Origin: Amoebidium appalachense | Lineage: Eukaryota > Protista > Ichthyosporea | Length of the DNA stretch: 64,000 nucleotides | Assembly (NCBI GenBank): GCA_963693365.1 | Contig: CAVNZM010000015.1 | Location: forward strand, 4,533,502 to 4,597,501 | Direction of reading: 5' to 3' | In this document: one piece after another, positions 46,419-64,000 of the stretch | Position numbering within the stretch: the stretch's first letter is position 1 | Layout: the number at the start of each line of letters is the position of its first letter | The notes under the pieces: generated by a model | What the model was told of the DNA's origin: nothing | Database searches by the model: none | Seen by the model: only the letters and a program-made list of their open reading frames with translations | Made by a program: the position numbers and the translations under genes

Positions 46419-47817
46419 CATCATTTGTGAACCGTATATAACTTTTTATCAGCTCTAAATATCTAAATATACAGTCAAAATGTTTCCCCAGACTCTACAA
46501 TGTCACCAAATGAACAGCAAAGACCGGGATAGCGTCACAAGCAATAAACTTACTTCGGCAGAAAAAGTGCACAAAGTCACAAACAAGTGAAAACGGCGGA
46601 TTCATTGGGTGCAGAATAAGCCAATCACGTAACCGATCAAACCGCTAATCTGTGATTGGTTTATAACGCATCCCACGGAATCCCCTTACACTTTGGATTT
46701 CGGAATGTGCCAAATTAGTCAACTCAGCCACTTTCAGTGTTTATAACTTCTAATTTCTAAAAAAGACAAATAAGTTGTAGCTAGCTACTCGTATGTTGTA
46801 TAATGCTATTTATTGGTTTTTGGTTTTATAAAGTACACCACAACTTTTGTCCAAAAAATATTTCTCGGTCTGGTTGGAAATTCTCGACTCTCAGAGAAAT
46901 TTATAAATCCCCACCTCCCAGTGACGACCTGTTTCCGATTGGCTTATGGCGCATCCTAGTCACTATGGATGCTGTCTTCCTTGGCGGCCTTCTTATTCTA
47001 CATGTTGCCGCAGGCGACAGGAGTACTAGTAGTGCCCGGCCACTTACGTAGGCCAGTGGGTACATAGCCTTGGAGACTAGGCGCATCCATTCCATCCGCA
47101 ATCCGGAATACGAAAATCCGGACGGCCTTTCGACGATTTTTTGGCTCCTTCCAAAATTTGCTCCTACCTTCAGACAAGTAACCTGTTTCTTCCACAAAGC
47201 TTAAATATGTCACTCGTATTAATTCCCGAATAGCTGGCGGAGCTTTACGGTGAGTTCAAAACGCTGAAAGAGAGAACTGCCGAAAAGCGCTCCGCCTGCA
47301 TTTCAAACATGTGGTTTCTATTACGGTTTACAGTACCACCACAAAAAGTGTGGATAACTTAGATCGTAACTTTTTGCACATGCGTGCAAGCTTGGTGATG
47401 AGCTTACACACTTATGCACGGTCTAGCCATACTATACGCTTGTAAAAATCAAGGGTTTGATATATGTCCATGGTACTTTAATTCCCGGTAATCGATACAT
47501 CATAAGCTGGCGACATGATATTGGTATTTAAGTTCAAACAAGTACGTGTGGCACTGCACGTCAGTCTGGGGATCGCCATGCATGCGCTTGATGCATGTAA
47601 CCACTTGCACGTGTTGCGAACAAAGCAAAGCTCCCGAATACGGTCTTGGGTGCGTGGGCATAGCCAAGAAAGACCCATATCAGCTATGGCGTATGCATGG
47701 CATTGCATGCTTGCGCGCACGCGGGCTCACGAGGCAAACACGGTGAACGTGAATGAGCGTGATATGCTAGGAGCCGGGCGAAAAAGTTAATAGGCCGAAA
47801 GCTCCGCGGGGGGAGCT

Positions 47818-47864
<47 letters not shown>

Positions 47865-47876
47865 AGCATATCAGTG

Positions 47877-47939
<63 letters not shown>

Positions 47940-47943
47940 ATGC

Positions 47944-47978
<35 letters not shown>

Positions 47979-48198
47979 CGTGTGTGCGTGTGTGCGCGCG
48001 CGTGTGTCATGTCTGTGTGAGAGCGCACATGTGCACTCGGTTGTGTGTACGTGTGCATGATCTCTTCATGTTCTCTTTTTTCTTCTCTTTGAGACTTCTT
48101 TCGAAACCTGTATTTCTTCTTTTCTTCCTTTTTCTCTTTTCTTTTGGCGTGTGCGTGCGTGCGCGTGCGTTAGCGCGCACGTGTCTGTCACAGTGTGT

Positions 48199-48230
<32 letters not shown>

Positions 48231-48777
48231 CACCGCGTTTCGAGTGGGAGAGAGGAGGAAGACTGGGGGGGGGGAGAAAGACCACACCGCGGTGGACAGG
48301 ATTTTGGTGTACTTATTATTACACATACCATCATTTCAAAGCCGCCAGGCATGCTGATAATGCTAATATTAATTCACATAATCATACAAGGGGGGGGAAA
48401 TGTGCTGTTTATTAATATTAACGACATGTAGGTGAGCTGTGATGAGTTGTCGGCACCAAGGCCAACAGCACTTCCAACCAGAAGATATACATTTACAGAT
48501 CGACGTTACACTTACATCACACAGATTTTTATGTGGAGATATAACGTATCATATAAGGAATGATGCGCCCAGCACACACAAGCGCAAACGTTTACGTGCT
48601 CGTCATTTACATACGTACTTGGAACAGGTTGAACTTGCCAACATATGTATTGCACCCCTTGCACTAAGAAGGCCACTCTAAATGCTAAATCTCGTGTCAT
48701 GTGATGTATGTAATACGACAACATTGGTGGTGGTGGTAGTGGTGGTGGTGGTGGTGGTGGTGGGGGGGGGGGGGGGT

Positions 48778-48998
48778 ATGCGTTAGAGGGTTGGAAATAT
48801 GGAGGAGACAACAAAGAGCAAAAACAAACGTCACAAAAGTGGGAATTTCAAAATCAATAATCAAAGCGTGCAGGGAGAAGACACTTGAACAGAGCCCATC
48901 ATCAGGGGGGTTCCTATGCCTCCACAAAAGCATGGGTTTCGAATCTTTAACCTCTCGCGCGTGGTTCCCAACCCATACTTTGTTTCAACAGCAATAGG
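48778..48998 (-). mobile_element. Subfamily B copy just downstream of the SPR stop codon
   Basis: Reverse complement of 8585-8718 with few substitutions. Its terminus CCATATTTCCAACCCTCTAACGCATA-poly(C) resembles 17750-17780. Confidence 0.75.
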
Positions 48999-49075
48999 GG
49001 GAGAAGAAGAAGAAGCAAAAATAATACAAAAGATGCCCGATGGGTTAAAAAAAAAAAAAAGTCTCCAATGAGCAT

Positions 49076-59710
<10,635 letters not shown>

Positions 59711-59761
59711 GGTGCCTTTAACCTGTGGATGTGACAGCAGGAGTGCGAGTGTAAGTGTAGG

Positions 59762-59795
<34 letters not shown>

Positions 59796-60168
59796 CGTGT
59801 GTGGGTGTGCGTGTGAGTGTGAGTGTGTGTTCGTGTGTGCTTGTGCGTGTGTGTGTTTGGGGGGGGAGGGGGTGGTGTTATGGAGGGAGAAAGTGGAGTC
59901 GGTAGGTCGATGGACAATACAAACACAGGTGGGCGAAGAAAAGGCATGTGGGGCCTGTGTCGGGTAATAGAGGCAAAGGTAGCCACCGCCCGGGGAGGGG
60001 GGGGAGGGGGGGAAGGGGGGGGGGGGGGGTGGGGGGGGGGGCAGATGTTGAAGAGTAAACGGATGATGGATAGTCAGTTTGGGATAGAAGGAAGATTGCC
60101 AATGGTAGTGAGTGCAACGAGTGTGTCAGTGTGAGTGTGCATGTGCATGCACACATGCATGCATTCGA

Positions 60169-60199
<31 letters not shown>

Positions 60200-60330
60200 A
60201 TAGATGTGTGTGTGTGTGTAAGTGTGCTTGAATGTGCCTGTGTGCGTGGGTGTTCGTGTATAGCCGCAAGTAGTGTGCCTGTGGCCCCAGCCGTGCGTGT
60301 GGGATGGACGGAGCTAGAAAGCATGCACAC

Positions 60331-60816
60331 ACCTTCCGTTTTGGGATGACGACCACAGAAACTCTTAAACCAACCCCTTGAAGCCTTGAATTCGCCCTCA
60401 GATATCCCCTGACTGAGTGCCAGCACCTGAGCTTGCCTGCGTCTGTCTGCCTCCGTAGGTTCAAACCCCTGCGTCCTGTGATAGACCACCCACGCGTAAA
60501 CGGCTTCTTCCAAGGCAGGAAATTTGGGTGAGCGATTAATGTATGCTTTAGACGATAATTTCTTTGTGTATTTGCTAACACCTTCTAGCGATTTTACCAG
60601 CTCAGTGTCATTTTGTTGACATAGGCGTATGATAGCCGTTTTGCTAACGGAGAACTTAGCTGCGAGCAACCCAAACGAAATCCCTGTTTCCCTCAGCTTT
60701 AGTACTTGCGCGCGCTCTTCGTTTGTCAAATAGCGCGCTTTCCCCTTCCTTTTTCTCACCTTGTTCACTTGGCTCCTTTTAACAACACCCTCTTTTTCTT
60801 GTTTTCCCCTCCCCAT
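60331..60816 (-). CDS. CENP-B/pogo-Tigger-type DNA-binding exon (HTH_psq-like plus Tc5/CENPB HTH), no DDE domain
   Basis: From the ATG at 60816: basic NLS-like KVRKRKGK, first HTH LTNEERAQVLKLRETGISFGLLAAKFSVSKTAIIRL, and second HTH PKFPALEEAVYAWV...QAQVLA...EFKASRGWFKSFCGRH (typical FKASxGWxxxFxxRH). It ends in a GTGTGTGC donor cluster followed by intron-like microsatellite DNA. Confidence 0.88.
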
Positions 60817-60965
60817 AACCGATACATGTACATGCACTTTTGTCAAACTTTCTATAGAAAAATTTATGCTCCACAGGATCGACTCTCATGAGCTCGATTC
60901 GTGAAAACTGTGTAGACGGTCAAATAAGGTAGTAGCGGGAAAAGATTCATACATGGTGCGCTCCG

Positions 60966-61004
60966 AACCAATCAACTGTAGATTTTACTGAGTGATGATT
61001 GGTT
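60966..61004. promoter_or_regulatory. Inverted pair of CCAAT boxes ~150-190 bp upstream of the HTH ATG (mirrored at 54773-54811)
   Basis: AACCAATCA...TGATTGGTT. Function is inferred from position only. Confidence 0.4.
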
Positions 61005-62038
61005 GGTTATTCGTCACACATGTCTCCCAACACTTCAGCTCGGACGTTTCTCGGCGGGGTCGGGGAAAAATCAGATTTCGCTGGTCACCGGCGCTGGCCG
61101 GAGCCTGAGATGATTCTAAATTCTATGAGCATTCATACCTTTTTTGGGCCGCAAAATCCTTTTTTTGGCTCTTGTTGTTCAACATGCACTTCTGCCCCGA
61201 GATTTACTTGGTGATTGTTTCATGGGTCTATTTATGCCAGTATGTATACCCATTGAACTTGAAACTGTGAAAGTTGAAGTGGGTAGATAACCTAATCCCA
61301 AAAGTCATTATAAATTATTTTTTTTGCAAATTCCCCATGTGCTTCAGTTCTCACACCCAGAATAGTCTTGAGGGATCCTTCACATGCACGCCGGCAGAAA
61401 GCCACGAAGTTGAGACAGGTGGCAGAGATAAAGTGGAAAAAGGAGATATAAGTTAGTGTTTAAATTTACCGTTGTTACACTAGGCTGAAGCATTTATGTT
61501 TTCCGAAGGGAGCTCACGAGAGTCTGTAACAAACGACCACTTGACCGGAACATAATAACGTTTACAGAACATCATTCACTTCTAACAGAACACATAAAGT
61601 ACGTGTACTTGATTATTAAGGGGCTTTACTTCATGAAAAATTGTTCCCCTTTTCTCCATTGCGTCTGTTAGTACTCCAGCCGTTTGGTTGTTACTCATAT
61701 TTCCATTCTGAAACGGACAATGCACTTTGCGAAAATGAGCAAAAGCGCTGCACTCTCGTTGTACGCGTAAGTTGCGGCCTCCCCTATCCAACCTTCCCCT
61801 TTCCCTCCTTCCTTCCCCATCTCTTCCTTCCCCTTTTAAGTCAGATGTTTACTAGACACTTACTGTATACAAAAGCCACGTCTAGGTACATGGTTTGCCG
61901 CTACTGAACATCAGCCTATATTCCCCTCCCCTCCCCCCCCTCCCCCCCTCCCCCCCCCCCCCCCCCCCCCCCCTCCCCCCTGCCCCCCTCCCCTCCCCCA
62001 GTACCCCCATATTCCCCCCCCCCCCGACCCCCCCCGAG

Positions 62039-62122
<84 letters not shown>

Positions 62123-63852
62123 AACACACACGTGCACTCCTTTCCCTGTGACCCCTCATGCACTCCCTTTGCCCTTTCACCCTCCCCCTTACCCCCCCCC
62201 CCCCCTCCCCCCCCCCCCCCCCCCGCCCCCCCCTCACACCCCCCTCACACATACACACATGCGTGAGCTCTCTTTTGCTGCGAACATCCTCCCCTTACCT
62301 ATTAAGCAACCTCCTAGGTTTTCCACACGGCTGCTTGCCACCTTTTCTAAAATCCCTCCCCTCCTGCTTGCTCGGATTTACTCCGAGACACTTGCCAAAG
62401 CTTGTTAGTGTTGTTCTCCTGTGTGAGTGTTTGTGTGTGTGTCTACTTCTCCTCCCTTTCCCCTGCACACTTACACACCACTGCCACCAAGCGTGAGAGA
62501 GGGGGAAACGAGGTGGTGTTTGTGTGTGTGTGCGGGGGTTCGGGGGGGGGGGGGGGGGGGAGAGGGGGGAGAGAGAAAGAGAGGGAGGGAGGTAGGTAGG
62601 GAGAGGATGGGGGAGGGGGGAGGGAAAGAAGAGAGAGGTAAAGAGAAAATGCGGAGATGGCAGGGGCAGAGGGGGAGACAGTTTGTGTGTGAGGGATGGC
62701 GAAAGGGGATGGAAGAAGGGGACGAGGAGAGAGAGAGGAAGAGGAAGCGAGGCAGAAATGGGCCGGGGCAGGGAGGGGGGGGGGGGGGAGGGGGGGAGAG
62801 AGAGAGAGAGAAAGGAGTATGTGAGAGAAGAGGCAGGGGGGGGGAAATAGAGAGTGATAGGGGCGTGTGGGAGGGAGAGGGGAGGGAGGTGGAGGGAGGG
62901 AAAGGGCGCGAAGCGGAAGAGAGGAGAGAAGATGAGGGAGGAAGCGATGGACGGGGAGAGATAGAGGGAAGAGAGTGAGAAAGAGAAGGGGGGGGCGGGG
63001 GTGGAGGGGGGGAAGAGAGAGATAGATTAGATCCCAACCCCTCTTACTTTTCTGTTTCATGTTTGTTGTTTTTCTTCCGCTCTGTTTGTCTATTTTTTAA
63101 CGTGTAGTCAGTTGTTTTCTTGCTCTATTAAGCTCGTTAAGGTTCGTGTTAAACGAGAGGGGGTTTAACATGGTGTGTGTGATTGAATGACTTCAGTTGG
63201 GCTGCCTAGGATGAGGATTAGGAGGGGGGCTGGGGGAGGGGGGGGGGGGAAGGGGGAGGGGGAAAGGGGAAGTGGTCTGTGATTAGGAAGGCAAAGGGGG
63301 GAGGGGGGGGGGGGGGGAGGGGGGATATGTGGAACGGGACAACGGAGTGCATTTGAGGTGATAGAGGGGGGCGGACGGAGGGGGAAGGGGGGGAGGGGGG
63401 GAGGGCAGAGGGGAGAGAGGGGGAAGTCGAAGGCGGTGAGGGAGAATCCAAATGGAGAAGGGGAAAGGGTAGGGCTGGGGGAGGGGGGGGGGGGGGGGCT
63501 TTGTGAACAGGGTAGAGTGAGAAAGGGAAGAGAAGCAGGGTAGAGGGGGATTTGGGGGGGGTTGGGGAGGAGGGGGGGGGGGGGGAGGGGCACTTTTGCC
63601 AGTGTCTGCCTGCTTTGTCATTCTTTTCTATGGTATTACGCTGGTGGTTTTGTGTGTGAATGGTGAGCACCTTCGGTTTATGGTTCGTGCCTGCATGTAC
63701 TTCGTGGAAGTGGAAAAGGGCGGCTCTAAGTTTGTGGTGGATGTTTGGTCAGTTGGTTTGGTTGCTGCTTTTGTATAAGCTTCTTCTTCTTAGTCTTGTT
63801 TTCGGCGTCGTATCAGAGAATTTGTGTCTCCAGGATTGGAGGGAAGCGTAGT

Positions 63853-64000
63853 GGGCAGGCGAGCACGCGGCGGGGGGGGGGGGGGGGGGGGGGGAGGGGG
63901 AAAGGAGGGGGGGGGAGCGGGCAGGCGAGGCGCGGCGGGGGGAGGGGGGGGGGGGGGGGAGGGGAAAGGAGGGGGGGGAGCGGGCAGGCGAGGCGCGGCG
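63853..64000. repeat. G-rich tandem repeat (~64 bp, 3 partial copies) running off the window
   Basis: GGGCAGGCGAG(GC/CA)GCGGCGGGGG...GGGGAAAGGAGGGGGGG recurs at ~63853, ~63919 and ~63982. Confidence 0.8.

Noticed and set aside
46860-47260. Complex sequence with a short minus-strand ORF (GYLSEGRSKFWKEPKNRRKAV)
   Set aside because: There are stops in all frames and no recognisable domain or splice structure. It may be a decayed element but cannot be supported.
63590-63850. A-rich minus-strand reading frame resembling a LINE fragment
   Set aside because: Interrupted by a stop, and no RT or endonuclease motif is recognisable.

Overview
Eukaryotic, intron-rich genomic DNA. It has GT-AG introns with CTAAC/CTGAC-like branch sites, and the gene set suggests an opisthokont protist (inference only). 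Introns and intergenic DNA are saturated with (CA)n/(GT)n, (CT)n/(GA)n and poly-C/poly-G tracts, so nearly every entry in the ORF track is a low-complexity artefact. Manual splicing recovers four solid genes: a 29-exon CHD1/CHD2-type chromatin remodeller (+, 5' end outside the window, ends at 22799), a secreted and probably GPI-anchored protein (-, 27164-29344), a family C GPCR with a solute-binding-protein-like ectodomain (-, 37664-44577) and a 9-exon sepiapterin reductase (SPR; -, 49076-59710). The most unusual locus is 54.4-61.3 kb. A pogo/CENP-B-type double-HTH exon with no DDE domain sits directly upstream of SPR and can splice onto SPR exon 1, in frame or into an immediate stop, depending on which of two donors 2 nt apart is used. 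An inverted ~0.85 kb copy of that exon and its promoter lies inside SPR intron 4. The window also contains a dispersed repeat family that ends in poly(C) and is always co-oriented with its host gene, a PIF/Harbinger MITE, tandem copies of splice junctions in CHD1 and a higher-order minisatellite. Two +1 G frameshifts in the GPCR suggest homopolymer lengths in this assembly are unreliable.
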